Shown here one piece after another: positions 16,557 through 26,714 of a stretch of 32,000 bases of DNA. The translations under genes and the position numbers were made by a program. Each line of letters opens with the position of its first letter. The first letter of the stretch is position 1. The notes below the pieces were generated by a model. The model saw only the letters and a program-made list of their open reading frames with translations, searched no databases and was not told the DNA's origin. The DNA comes from Bacteroidales bacterium (GTDB lineage Bacteria; Bacteroidota; Bacteroidia; Bacteroidales; FEN-979). The stretch spans positions 4,997 to 36,996 of the forward strand of contig JBBRTX010000015.1 of the NCBI GenBank assembly GCA_038244085.1, given 5' to 3'.

Positions 16557-18761
16557 TTATTCCGTATCAAACCTGAACGCCAGGAAATCAAGGATCAGAG
16601 GCATATCTTCAAAGCGGAGGCCATTTTTTACCAGGTAGGGAATGTCCTCTGTAAAAGCGGAAATGAATGTTTCTTTTGAAAAATTCGGGTCATTCATGGC
16701 CAAAAGATAAGATTCCATCGCTTCATTCCTTTTTCCGAGGCTTAGCATTACATGGGCTGCATTCATATAATCAAACGCGGTTGGGGAAGCCGATTGCAGG
16801 ATGGTCTGGTAATGCATGGAAGCATCTGACAGCTTTCCAAGAACAAAATGAAGATAGGCAATGGGGCGGAGCACTTTCAGGTTATCCTGCTGGTAAAACT
16901 CCACCCTGGAATAATGTTCAAGTGCTTCTTCGAAATTCCGGAGATTCAGATTGCATTGAGCAATCTGCGACTGGATTTTCAGATCATCCGGTTTAAGAAT
17001 GGCAGCATCTGTATAATAGGAGAGCGCCTGGGTAAAGTCCTTGATCTTCATGCTGCACCAGCCAAGTTTTTTCATGATCCAAAGGTGATCTCCCTCAAAC
17101 AAATCTGCTTTCTTATAAAAGGTAATGGCTTTCTGGTATCTGCCCAGTTTTTGGAAAGAATAACCGATTTTCTCAAAATACTCCCCTTTCAGAGGTTGTT
17201 TATCCGACAGATACTGATATAATTCAATTGCTTCAGGGTACCGTTCCTTTTCAAAATAAAACCCTGCCAGCCGCTCGGTAAAAGCATCCCTTTCAAAAAA
17301 GGTTTTATAAAAATGAAGCTGGTTAAAATGAACAGGAACCCTGAATATATCTTCAAATTCATTCCGGAACGGGTAAAGTTTGAAAAACCGGTAAAGATCC
17401 TGGATATATTGAATAAAAATGCTGTTGGAGGCGGCTTCAGGACTGAGAATTTCTTCTTCACTGGCCATTTCTTTCATCTGTTCCAGTTCCGCTTCAAAAT
17501 AGGAAACCAGCATAGAACGTTGCTGTGGAGGTACCGAATGGAAATTAAGCGCGAAAGAGTATTTGTCTGAATTACAGAGATAAAAGGCTCGTTCCAGACC
17601 TTCGACCAACCGGGGATAGAATTCTTCTTCCTCAACAGAGGCCCTGACAAGATCGGGATTAGATGAATAATAGGGCATAAACCAGTTGCTCATCCGGTTA
17701 AAGAAATCGAAACGTTTGAGAAGGGAAAAGGTACTCATGAATACATCGCCGCCTTCCATCTGCATCTTCGTAAATTTCTCAATCCGTTCGAAAAGCCCGG
17801 GTACTTCATCAAGGATATCCTTCCATCCGGGGTTTTTCCCTTCCGGATCTTCCTCCTCATTACCGATCTGTAATTTATCTTCCATGCGTGGCATCATTTT
17901 CTGCATTTCCGGAAGCACCTCTTCTTCAAAGGCTTTGGTTATCTTTTCCGTTTCCTGGGCCATCAGGAGCTGAAGTAACAGCGCCTCCACATCTTTATTT
18001 AGGTTTTCGTCCAAGCTGAGTTCTTTCATTCGGTTCGTGAGCTGGGGGAAATAATTGATTCTTTTGTCGTACAAGATCAGAACGAATAATAACCCTGTGA
18101 GGGCTCTTTGATAAACCTGGTGTTCTCTTTCGTCAATGAATTCGGTTAGCAGAAGGATTTTTTTCGGATCAAAGTGGTTAAGCAGGTTCAAGGTCAGGGC
18201 AGAAACGATGAGACTTTTCTCGTACCATGGAATATCACCGGAGTGAACCATCTTGTGAATACTTTCGGCTGGCTTTTCGTGCAATTTACCCGAAAGCCAG
18301 ATAAAACGGAAGGCCGGATCGACAGGAGTTGTGCCTTGTGCAGTCGTTCCGGCTTCCTCCAGCATCTTTTGCATCGCTTTTGCGGTAAGCAACTCGTCAA
18401 GGTGGTCAGCCACGGACTGCATATCTTCTCCGAATTCCTTACTGATAGCGGCTCGTTCGAGGTTTTTATGGGAATATTCCTTTTCCGACATTTCAAACTT
18501 TACATCATCAGCAAGGGTGAGAATTGAACCGGAGATTTCCAGAAGGATCTTTTCCCGCTCCGGGTCGGCAAATCCTTCAAATGCATATTTTAACAGGTTC
18601 TGGTAATTTTCAGAGATATTCCTGAACTGATAAAAATAATCTGCATTCGCCGAAAATCGGATCAATGGGGCAAGGGCATCGAGGGCGTGCTTAATCCTTC
18701 CGCTGTAAACATCATTGCTGATTTGCAAGTGTTTTTTTACAATGTCTGTCAGAGTTATCAT
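16557..18761 (-). CDS. Large uncharacterised protein with C-terminal TPR repeats
   Basis: 734-749 aa ORF. The C-terminal ~250 aa shows repeated TPR-like 34-aa units (AIELYQYLSDKQP, AITFYKKADLFEG, ALSYYTDAAILKPDD, ALEHYSRVEFYQQDN, ASMHYQTILQ, AMESYLLAMNDPN). No enzymatic motif seen. ATG at 18761 preferred over GTG at 18806. Confidence 0.65.
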   Translation of the reverse strand: MITLTDIVKKHLQISNDVYSGRIKHALDALAPLIRFSANADYFYQFRNISENYQNLLKYAFEGFADPEREKILLEISGSILTLADDVKFEMSEKEYSHKNLERAAISKEFGEDMQSVADHLDELLTAKAMQKMLEEAGTTAQGTTPVDPAFRFIWLSGKLHEKPAESIHKMVHSGDIPWYEKSLIVSALTLNLLNHFDPKKILLLTEFIDEREHQVYQRALTGLLFVLILYDKRINYFPQLTNRMKELSLDENLNKDVEALLLQLLMAQETEKITKAFEEEVLPEMQKMMPRMEDKLQIGNEEEDPEGKNPGWKDILDEVPGLFERIEKFTKMQMEGGDVFMSTFSLLKRFDFFNRMSNWFMPYYSSNPDLVRASVEEEEFYPRLVEGLERAFYLCNSDKYSFALNFHSVPPQQRSMLVSYFEAELEQMKEMASEEEILSPEAASNSIFIQYIQDLYRFFKLYPFRNEFEDIFRVPVHFNQLHFYKTFFERDAFTERLAGFYFEKERYPEAIELYQYLSDKQPLKGEYFEKIGYSFQKLGRYQKAITFYKKADLFEGDHLWIMKKLGWCSMKIKDFTQALSYYTDAAILKPDDLKIQSQIAQCNLNLRNFEEALEHYSRVEFYQQDNLKVLRPIAYLHFVLGKLSDASMHYQTILQSASPTAFDYMNAAHVMLSLGKRNEAMESYLLAMNDPNFSKETFISAFTEDIPYLVKNGLRFEDMPLILDFLAFRFDTE

Positions 18762-18983
18762 GAACCGGGTCAGACAAAGGATATACCAGAGGTTGCCATC
18801 TGACACTTTTGCAGGTCAGGAGTCAGTAATCCAACGGTACGGCCATATCCGTGACCGGACAAGAGCGAAAATCTGCACATTGTAATTCACGGAAAATCAT
18901 AGTATTGAACTCTTCTAAATAACCGTGAACCTCGATCCGTCTTGTTTCAAATGGTTACTTTTGCGGTAAATTAACTTACGATT

Positions 18984-21518
18984 TTGCTTCCCGGGATAAA
19001 AAAAATACTTCGTTTACTGATTCTGTTTTTGATCTCTGCCCCGTTATTCGGGCAGGAGCCGGAAATGTTCCGGATTCCCTGTCAGTATAAGGTCGGATGG
19101 GTCGCCGACGGAACTTCCTATGATAAAAACACGAACGAAATCATCCGGGAAATCTCCTTTTCCGCTGTTAAAGGGTTAAATAAAACGGCACTGATTCTCG
19201 ATTTTACAATTGGTTATACGGTTCGACCGGCTGAGGAAAACCAGTCGTTGGTGCAGATTTTTCTGGGCACTCCGTCCGTGCGTGGCGATAAGTTTATCCG
19301 CGGGTTCGATCAGTCTGTAAAACTCAGGCCCGACAAGGTTTTTATAACATTCTATCAAAGGAGAAAAGCGGATTCTCTGGTGATAAAAAGCCAGGAGTGG
19401 AAGAATATTTTCTGGTGTTCCCCGGATTCGGCCACCACATCGGTTTTAATCCGGGATTATGATAAAATGAATGATACCCTGATAATTACGGTTGATCGTA
19501 TTGCATATAGTGAAGATGCGTTCAATGCCTTCATCGAGCAGATCAAACTGGTGAATGACTACTATGCCTGTTCGGCTATCCTTGATTCCCTGCAAATCCT
19601 GTCAGGAAAGAGTAGGATCGGGGATGTGAATAACCTGCCGCGGAACCTTGTTTGGGTGGAGGAGTTTTATAAGGTGATCCAGGAAATGGGGAAAAAAAAT
19701 TTTGATGAGCACCTTGACCTCGAGCAATATGATCCTGCGAATTACCGGTTGAGGTACCGCGAACTTTTCCGTCTTTCGAAGAGTACTGCCATGACTTTCC
19801 GCCAGAAACTGGATTCCTCGGTTCTGATCGAACCACCTTACCCGCTTTCATTATCGGTGAAGGAATTTGTAAATAGCATGTTGAGATATATCCGGTGGTC
19901 GTTGTTGGTTAATTCGCGTAACGGAAGGATCTATGAAGATTATCTGAATACCTTTTTTATTTCCAGGGTTTATGAAGATAATTATGATGTATTAAAGGAA
20001 ATGCTTACAAAGATATACCCGGCCGAAAATACAGATTCTTCCTATAACCGTCTTTGCGAAATCCTTTGCAACGCCTATGAACAGGCGGCAGATTCGCTCA
20101 TGTCGGGTTACCAGTATGCAGAAGCATCCCTGCTGATGGATAATGAAGAGCAATTTATTCGTTTCAGCGGCTATAGGTCCGGCAATCACGATCATTCGGT
20201 TTTAAAGATCAAAGCTTCGAATGGGATTTATGATTCCTACCTGGGTGTTGCCGAAACATCGATGAACAACGGAAAATTTCAGATGGCCGAGAACTATCTC
20301 GGGAAAGCCCAGGAATACCGGAAGAAAAAATACGGGTTCATTACGATTGATTCCTTGTTACAGATCGTTTCCAGGCGGTTGGTTGGATTAAAACTGGCAC
20401 AGTGTGACACGCTTGCAGTTCATGAACATTTTGATGAGGCTATCGCCTGTTATCACAACCTCAATCTGGAATATGACAGCCTGACCAGTTTGATTTTCCG
20501 GGAGGAGATCAACCTGAAAACGGCGCGCTGTCTTTTTGCAAAATACCGTAATATCGGGTTGGTGTACTTTGAAAAAAACAACCTTCCTGATGCCGGTAAA
20601 TATTTCCATATGGCGGAAAGTATCCGGACCGGGAATAATCTCCCCGCCGATTTCCAGCTGGATTCCCTTTTTAATGTGGTGTATCCATGGTACCTGGTCA
20701 GTATTCTCCGTGCAAAGGAAGACCTGGTGTGGACTAACCAGTTGGGAAAAGCCACTCACTTTGCGGATTCTGTCTCATCCCTTGCCATAGCCACCGGCCA
20801 TCAGAATCAGCCTGATTTTACTGCCCAGCTGGCACGATACCGCAGAAAAATCCAGGAGAAAACCTGTTATAATGCCACTGAGAAATTTGAAGTGCTTGTT
20901 TTACGGGGAGAGCGAAACCTGGAGATGGGAAATTTCATCAAAGGAACCCTTTTGCTGGATTCAGCGCTTGTACTTTCAAAGCAACAGCCTGAATGCCGGC
21001 TTCCCATGGATGGACTTGCCGATACAATCATGAAATATGATGATCCGGCACTTTTTCAGAAGAAACTGATAACCAGTACCAACCTGGTTTCTATCAACGA
21101 TTACAAGAATGCGGTAGCTGCTTATCTTGAGGCGGACCGTTTCTACCAGGAGCGGAAACTGGACCGGTTCGGATTGCAATGTCAGGCTCTGTATGATTTT
21201 GCCAGGCAGCGATCCATTGCGGGGCTTACGCTTGAGTCGACCGTACATTTTCTTTCTGCGGCCCGGTATTCAGAGGCCTTTCGATTCCTGGTGCTTCTCC
21301 GTTTGCAGGATTATCCTTCAAAAGAAACCCGGAAGATTCAGGAGACCCTCGGGCGGGAACTGGCTTCGGCAGATTTTCCCGGCGGGAATGGAAAGGATCC
21401 CGGGACATCTCTTGCCCGCTATACTCCTGAAGATAAATGGTTTTCAAGATTCCGGATGTCTTATCTCTATCAATGGAATATCCTGAAGAATGAAAAAACA
21501 AAAACCTTAGAAAATTAA
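18984..21518 (+). CDS. Large secreted/periplasmic hypothetical protein (844 aa)
   Basis: Long ORF with a signal-peptide-like N-terminus ILRLLILFLISAPLFGQEP. This requires the TTG start at 18984, because the next ATG would delete the signal. No recognised domain, and the sequence looks mostly helical. Confidence 0.55.
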   Translation: MLPGIKKILRLLILFLISAPLFGQEPEMFRIPCQYKVGWVADGTSYDKNTNEIIREISFSAVKGLNKTALILDFTIGYTVRPAEENQSLVQIFLGTPSVRGDKFIRGFDQSVKLRPDKVFITFYQRRKADSLVIKSQEWKNIFWCSPDSATTSVLIRDYDKMNDTLIITVDRIAYSEDAFNAFIEQIKLVNDYYACSAILDSLQILSGKSRIGDVNNLPRNLVWVEEFYKVIQEMGKKNFDEHLDLEQYDPANYRLRYRELFRLSKSTAMTFRQKLDSSVLIEPPYPLSLSVKEFVNSMLRYIRWSLLVNSRNGRIYEDYLNTFFISRVYEDNYDVLKEMLTKIYPAENTDSSYNRLCEILCNAYEQAADSLMSGYQYAEASLLMDNEEQFIRFSGYRSGNHDHSVLKIKASNGIYDSYLGVAETSMNNGKFQMAENYLGKAQEYRKKKYGFITIDSLLQIVSRRLVGLKLAQCDTLAVHEHFDEAIACYHNLNLEYDSLTSLIFREEINLKTARCLFAKYRNIGLVYFEKNNLPDAGKYFHMAESIRTGNNLPADFQLDSLFNVVYPWYLVSILRAKEDLVWTNQLGKATHFADSVSSLAIATGHQNQPDFTAQLARYRRKIQEKTCYNATEKFEVLVLRGERNLEMGNFIKGTLLLDSALVLSKQQPECRLPMDGLADTIMKYDDPALFQKKLITSTNLVSINDYKNAVAAYLEADRFYQERKLDRFGLQCQALYDFARQRSIAGLTLESTVHFLSAARYSEAFRFLVLLRLQDYPSKETRKIQETLGRELASADFPGGNGKDPGTSLARYTPEDKWFSRFRMSYLYQWNILKNEKTKTLEN

Positions 21519-21576
21519 AAGAAGCAGGAGGTCTCGGTTCTTATTTTTATTTTTGCTGATCTGTAAAATCAAAACC

Positions 21577-22311
21577 ATGAAACGAAAGCTGCTTCTGATC
21601 TCGAATTCTACCAATGCCGGGGAAGATTACCTCGGCTGGCCACGAAAATTTATTAAGGAATTCCTTGAGAAAAACAACGTGGAAAAGATTCTCTTCATTC
21701 CATACGCAGGCGTAAACCTGTCAACGGAAGGAGTGTCACAATCTTTTGACGTTTATGAACAGCGGGTTGCGTCCGTTTTCCGGGAGCTGGGGGTTTCCCT
21801 TCATTCCATTCATCACGAGTCAGATCCGGTCGCTGCAGTCCGGTCAGCCAAAGCCATTGCTGTTGGAGGAGGAAACACTTTTCACCTGGTAAAGATGATG
21901 CATGATACCGGGATCATGGAAGTGATCCGTGAACGCGCTCTTTCAGGAATTCCTTACATGGGATGGAGTGCAGGGGCAAATGTTGCCTGTCCGACCATGA
22001 AAACGACCAATGACATGCCCATATCCGAACCTTCTTCTTTTGATTGTCTTAACCTGGTTCCGTTCCAGATCAATCCACATTATCTTGATGCCAATCCGGC
22101 AGGGCATGGTGGAGAGACCCGGGAACAAAGGATCAATGAATTTCTGGTGATCAACAAAGAAATAACCGTCGCCGGCCTTCGTGAATCGTGTCTTTTTGAA
22201 GTGGAAGCAGGCCAAATCAGCTTACAGGGTCCACGGCCGGTAAGGATTTTCAGGTTCGGCCACGATCCTGAAGAGTTCAAGACGGGAGACGATCTGAGTT
22301 TCCTCCTCTGA
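21577..22311 (+). CDS. pepE: Peptidase E (S51 alpha-aspartyl dipeptidase)
   Basis: MKRKLLLISNST..., GGGNTFHL, and the nucleophile-Ser motif YMGWSAGANV. Length of about 244 aa is typical for PepE. Confidence 0.85.
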   Translation: MKRKLLLISNSTNAGEDYLGWPRKFIKEFLEKNNVEKILFIPYAGVNLSTEGVSQSFDVYEQRVASVFRELGVSLHSIHHESDPVAAVRSAKAIAVGGGNTFHLVKMMHDTGIMEVIRERALSGIPYMGWSAGANVACPTMKTTNDMPISEPSSFDCLNLVPFQINPHYLDANPAGHGGETREQRINEFLVINKEITVAGLRESCLFEVEAGQISLQGPRPVRIFRFGHDPEEFKTGDDLSFLL

Positions 22312-22956
22312 TTAAAGCTTTACCAGTCGGCCGATACCGGTTTTGTGATTGCTGAATTGAACCTTCAGCAGGTAGATCCCGCCAGGCAGGGAAGATATAT
22401 CTATCCGATTACCGGAGAAGGAAATCATCTGTGTGATATTTCTGCCATCGTATGAATAGAGTTCCGGTTTTTCAATCGCAGGTGCATTCAGAATAAAGAT
22501 TTCGGAAGTGGCCGGATTCGGGTAAAAGCGAATGGTTTCATAATTTTTCTCCTGAATGCCTGTGATGGATATTACCTTCGCAGACCAAACCCTTACAGGA
22601 ATCCCGACCGTATCAATCGTTCCATGGGCTATCGGTGTAACTTCAAAAGCAATATATTTATTCCGGTCATGCAATGAATCGGTGACATAACTGATTCTGG
22701 TTGCGGAATCGATTGCCACTGGATTCAACTGAGTGATCGAGTCGGCGCGGTACCACTGGTAAAATGAATTGCCTTCCGGACGATTATTTGTGTCGGCATA
22801 AGAATAAATTCCCGACAGAAAAGATCCCACATTCAGAGTTCCCTGGATGGCAACATCATAAGCCCGGGGAGGTACCTGGGCGAAGGTTGTTAACGAAAAT
22901 CCCGAAAGGAAGAAAGCAGTGCAAATAACGAAAGTAAGTAGAGAGTGTTTTGTCAT
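22312..22956 (-). CDS. Small secreted protein with T9SS type-A C-terminal sorting domain
   Basis: Signal peptide LLTFVICTAFFLSGFSLTTFAQ. C-terminal IRFYPNPATSEIFI...SSLPGGIYLLKV...GRLVKL matches the Por/T9SS CTD pattern. Last gene of the glucan operon. Confidence 0.7.
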   Translation of the reverse strand: MTKHSLLTFVICTAFFLSGFSLTTFAQVPPRAYDVAIQGTLNVGSFLSGIYSYADTNNRPEGNSFYQWYRADSITQLNPVAIDSATRISYVTDSLHDRNKYIAFEVTPIAHGTIDTVGIPVRVWSAKVISITGIQEKNYETIRFYPNPATSEIFILNAPAIEKPELYSYDGRNITQMISFSGNRIDISSLPGGIYLLKVQFSNHKTGIGRLVKL

Positions 22957-22959
22957 GAG

Positions 22960-24237
22960 TTATATTTGTTTTTGATTTTCAAATAGATGGAATTCCCAGG
23001 GTTTCATCTCAAAGGATGTCCCTTTTTTCATTTCAGTATGAGTAAGTGAAAAAATATCCCTGAATGGGCCCGACAGAATGGTTTCCTGGAGGGAGAAAGT
23101 AACCGGCTGCGGCGAGAGATTAAAAATTCCCACCATCGTGCTATGATCTTTTGACCGGAAAAAGGCATATACCGAATCATCATGTCCTGTGTCGATTTTC
23201 TTCAAATCTCCACCATCCGGCTGGTTCCACAGGGCTTTATTCTGTTTCTTATATTGAATAAGGGTTTTATAAAAGAAAGCAAGGCGATAGTGATCCCATT
23301 CAATCAGATCCTTATCGAAGAAAGCCAATCTCCTGTCAAAACCGGATTCTTGTCCGCTGTAAATCAATGGCATTCCCGGGATGGCAAATTTCAGTGCGGC
23401 AAAAGCCAGGGCAGCGGGGCCCATTCTTTCATATTCGGTTCCGTTCCATGAATTTTCATCGTGATTCGAAGTAAACCGGAGGCGGATGGCCTCCGGAGGG
23501 AATATTTTTGCATTTTCCTGCCAGATCGGGTCGATCAAACGAGTTGTTTTCGTTCCCTTTGCGATATCGTTCATCAGATGGTAAATGTCCCAGGAGTAAG
23601 TCGCATCGAAAGCAATCTCATGCATATCCGGCGTTTCCCATTCAGCAAGCATAAAAACATCCCTGATTTCCCTGATTCTGGGTACGGCTTCATTCCAGAA
23701 GGTGACCGGCACCATTCCTGCAACATCACAGCGGTATCCGTCAATTCCCGCCTCTTTCACCCAGTAAATCAGCGATTGGATCATATATTCGCGAAGATCG
23801 GGGTTGTCGTAATTCAGATCCGCCACGTCGGTCCATTCCTTTATTCGTGAAATGACCTTTCCGGTTTCATCCTGCGCATACCAGTCGGGATGTTCAACAG
23901 CCAAATGGTTATCTTTCGAGGAATGGTTGGCAACCCAGTCGATCAGTACATACATTCCCAGCTCATGGATTTTATTTACAAGATCCCTGAAATCCTCCAT
24001 TGTCCCGAATTCGGGGTTGATACCTCTGAAATCACGGATGGAATAATAACTGCCCAGGGTTCCTTTCCGGTTTTCCAAGCCGATGGGATAAACAGGCATC
24101 AGCCACAGGATTTTTATCCCTATATCCTTTAACCGGGGAAGATGTTCTGCAAAAGCGCGAAAAGTGCCTTCGGGAGTGTACTGCCGGAGATTTACTTCGT
24201 AAAGTACCGCATCTCGTGACCATTCCGGATGTATCAT
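22960..24237 (-). CDS. GH13 alpha-amylase-family enzyme, no signal peptide (cytoplasmic)
   Basis: GH13 regions I LIDWVANHSS, II DGYRCDVAG, III MLAEWE and IV FTSNHDEN. Start taken at MIHPEWSRDAVLYEVNLRQ (24237), which avoids overlapping the upstream gene. Confidence 0.85.
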   Translation of the reverse strand: MIHPEWSRDAVLYEVNLRQYTPEGTFRAFAEHLPRLKDIGIKILWLMPVYPIGLENRKGTLGSYYSIRDFRGINPEFGTMEDFRDLVNKIHELGMYVLIDWVANHSSKDNHLAVEHPDWYAQDETGKVISRIKEWTDVADLNYDNPDLREYMIQSLIYWVKEAGIDGYRCDVAGMVPVTFWNEAVPRIREIRDVFMLAEWETPDMHEIAFDATYSWDIYHLMNDIAKGTKTTRLIDPIWQENAKIFPPEAIRLRFTSNHDENSWNGTEYERMGPAALAFAALKFAIPGMPLIYSGQESGFDRRLAFFDKDLIEWDHYRLAFFYKTLIQYKKQNKALWNQPDGGDLKKIDTGHDDSVYAFFRSKDHSTMVGIFNLSPQPVTFSLQETILSGPFRDIFSLTHTEMKKGTSFEMKPWEFHLFENQKQI

Positions 24238-24283
24238 ATCTTTCCTCCTGTGCTTGGTTTCCTTTTGGCTGAGAAATGATGCA

Positions 24284-26701
24284 TCAGTTGGATAAAATTT
24301 CAAAAGCGTTTCCTTTCAATGTCAACCGGATCTTGTTCTTTTCCGTTTTCGCATCGCTTCCGAAGTTATTGATCAGTTTCATGTTCACAAATCTTTCGGG
24401 AATTTCAAAGGTGATATTCCTGGCAGTCCGGTCTTTGTTGAAGATCACGAAAACCACTTTTCCGAAATAGCTGCGCATATAAACGAAAATCTTATCGGAA
24501 GCCTCAATGGTTCTGAAATCGCCATATATCAAGGGCAAGGAGTTTTTTCTCAGATGTGTCAGTTTTTCAACGGTTGCCTTCAGTCGGGTTTGTTGCGGTG
24601 AAAGACTGTCGAAGTGCATCATCCTCCTGTTATCGGGATCGTTGGCTCCGGGTATTCCGATCTCATCCCCATAATAAATAACGGGAATTCCGGGTATAGT
24701 CATATTAAAAGCATGTAAGGAAGCAAGTCGCTGATAACCGATGGTATCTTTCACTTCAATGTCGCGATCCCAGCCGGCTTTAAAATCATCTTCTCCCGGC
24801 ATCAAACTTCCGGATGCATAAGAAATGAACCGGGCGACATCCTGGCAGCCGCTGATATTCCCCATCAGTGAATGGTCGCCGTAATAACTGAAACTTTCCT
24901 GGAGGGAATGATTCAGGTCCTTAAAAGAGGTGTTATCCCTGGCAAAGGTATTTCCGGCATCGAAATAGAGGTTGAAATCAAACTGGCCATCAAATTTCCC
25001 CGGGGTGATATCATTCATGATCTGTTCACGGGTACCGAACGTTTCCCCGATCTGGAAAATGGGCCTGTTATCCGGAATGATCACGTTTTCTTTAAGTTTT
25101 CTGGTCAGAATCCGCCAGTAACTTTCGGGAACATGATTTGCGGCATCGTGTCTCAGACCGTCAATCTCATAAGCTTTGATCCAGAAAAGAGTGGAATCGG
25201 ACATCATGGAGGCTACTTCCGGGATGGTTAGGTCGAGGGTAGGAGTAGCTTCGTCGAACCAGGTGGTGTAAGGTTGTTCATTCCAAAGCCGGATGTTCTT
25301 TTTGTTATTTTCCAGCAACAGGGGAGTGGTCCATTCCGGATGTTTCCGGTAAAGCTCACTGTCTTTATTGATCCGGTTGGATACAAAGTCCAGGATGACG
25401 TTCAGGTCTTTGCTGTGGGCCTCTTCTACCATGGATTTCAGCTCTTCAGAACTTCCAAATCGGTTGTCGATTGTTGTGAGCGAAACAGGCCAGTAACCAC
25501 TGTAACCTGTACTTTTTCGGTGAGGAGCCATGAAATCGCTCCAGGAGCCCTGGGGGTTTTGAATTACCGGTGAGATCCAGAGGGTGTTAACGCCCAAGCT
25601 GGTAAAATATCCATCTTCTATTTTCTGGAGGATGCCGGACAGGTCGCCTCCCTGGAAGTTTTGTTTCTTGTCCAGCAATGAATCCTTAACCGGCGCATCA
25701 TTTTTCGCATTTCCGTTCATGAAGCGGTCAACCATCAGGAAATAGATGATCATCGCCTCTTTGTCCTCCCGGGTCAGGTCGCCAGCATTGGTGAGCACTT
25801 TGCCATCTCTGACCGGAATCAGGAGCTGATTGGATGCCCCGGCGGAATTGAATGCCCAAACCCGGATGAAGGAACGGTTGAAATCCTTTGCCTTTTTCGG
25901 AATCCGGATGCTGATGCCGACACTGTCAGGTTTCCAGAATGTTGAATCGAGCTGAACGTTTTGCCAGAAAACCAATATGTCGGTGGTTTTATTTTTGATG
26001 CCGATTGAAATTTTGTCCTTTTCTGCTTTATTCGTGAAGAGATAAGGAGTGCCGCTTGTGTTCAGGTTACCGGCATGAAAAACGGAATGCCATACACCGT
26101 TGAGACCTTCGGAAATATCAGGATTATCTGGATCCAGCATCATTTTACCGTTAATCAGGAGCTGATAATCGTATTTCCCAGGATAGAGCAGGAGATCCGT
26201 TTGCCATTTGCCATCTTTCACTTTCAGGACATTCTTTCCCTGCGTCCAGTTATTCATCTCGCCGACCAATTCCACGCGGTTATAATCCTTCCCTTTGGAG
26301 TCAAATACAAAATGCTGCCAGACCCTGGTTGATTTTTCGATCACCAGGCTGTAGGAAAAACCATTTGCCCATACTTTCATCACACTGAGTCTGGGGATGG
26401 ACCGGTCTTTCGGGATCAGGATTAGTTGGGATGAATCTGCTGAAAACCGGTATGACAGGGAAGGATCCAACACGAGTGAATCAATGGCTTTCGGATGTCT
26501 GAAATAATCGGAAAGTTCGATCACGGTTGAGTCAGGCTGCAACATGATGGGTGATGCGATACCGGCCATCTCGGGATTGGTTGAAATCGCAATGTCTTCA
26601 TGATTTTTGCAGGCCTGAACCAGGAATAACCCCGCAGTCAGAAGGAGGAGCTGAAGGAAAGAGTATTTTCCGGACATATTTTTTGTTTTTGTGGATATCA
26701 T
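24284..26701 (-). CDS. GH13-family lipoprotein with N-terminal Ig/CBM48-like glycogen-binding module (pullulanase/amylase-like)
   Basis: Lipobox LFLVQAC. E-set/CBM48-like segment VELVGEMNNWTQGKNVLKVKDGKWQTDLLLYPGKYDYQLLINGKMMLDPDNP. GH13 core MVDRFMNGN, DGLRHDAANHV and IGETFG. The start may be the Met at 26677. Confidence 0.8.
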   Translation of the reverse strand: MISTKTKNMSGKYSFLQLLLLTAGLFLVQACKNHEDIAISTNPEMAGIASPIMLQPDSTVIELSDYFRHPKAIDSLVLDPSLSYRFSADSSQLILIPKDRSIPRLSVMKVWANGFSYSLVIEKSTRVWQHFVFDSKGKDYNRVELVGEMNNWTQGKNVLKVKDGKWQTDLLLYPGKYDYQLLINGKMMLDPDNPDISEGLNGVWHSVFHAGNLNTSGTPYLFTNKAEKDKISIGIKNKTTDILVFWQNVQLDSTFWKPDSVGISIRIPKKAKDFNRSFIRVWAFNSAGASNQLLIPVRDGKVLTNAGDLTREDKEAMIIYFLMVDRFMNGNAKNDAPVKDSLLDKKQNFQGGDLSGILQKIEDGYFTSLGVNTLWISPVIQNPQGSWSDFMAPHRKSTGYSGYWPVSLTTIDNRFGSSEELKSMVEEAHSKDLNVILDFVSNRINKDSELYRKHPEWTTPLLLENNKKNIRLWNEQPYTTWFDEATPTLDLTIPEVASMMSDSTLFWIKAYEIDGLRHDAANHVPESYWRILTRKLKENVIIPDNRPIFQIGETFGTREQIMNDITPGKFDGQFDFNLYFDAGNTFARDNTSFKDLNHSLQESFSYYGDHSLMGNISGCQDVARFISYASGSLMPGEDDFKAGWDRDIEVKDTIGYQRLASLHAFNMTIPGIPVIYYGDEIGIPGANDPDNRRMMHFDSLSPQQTRLKATVEKLTHLRKNSLPLIYGDFRTIEASDKIFVYMRSYFGKVVFVIFNKDRTARNITFEIPERFVNMKLINNFGSDAKTEKNKIRLTLKGNAFEILSN

Positions 26702-26714
26702 TTAAATTTCATTA

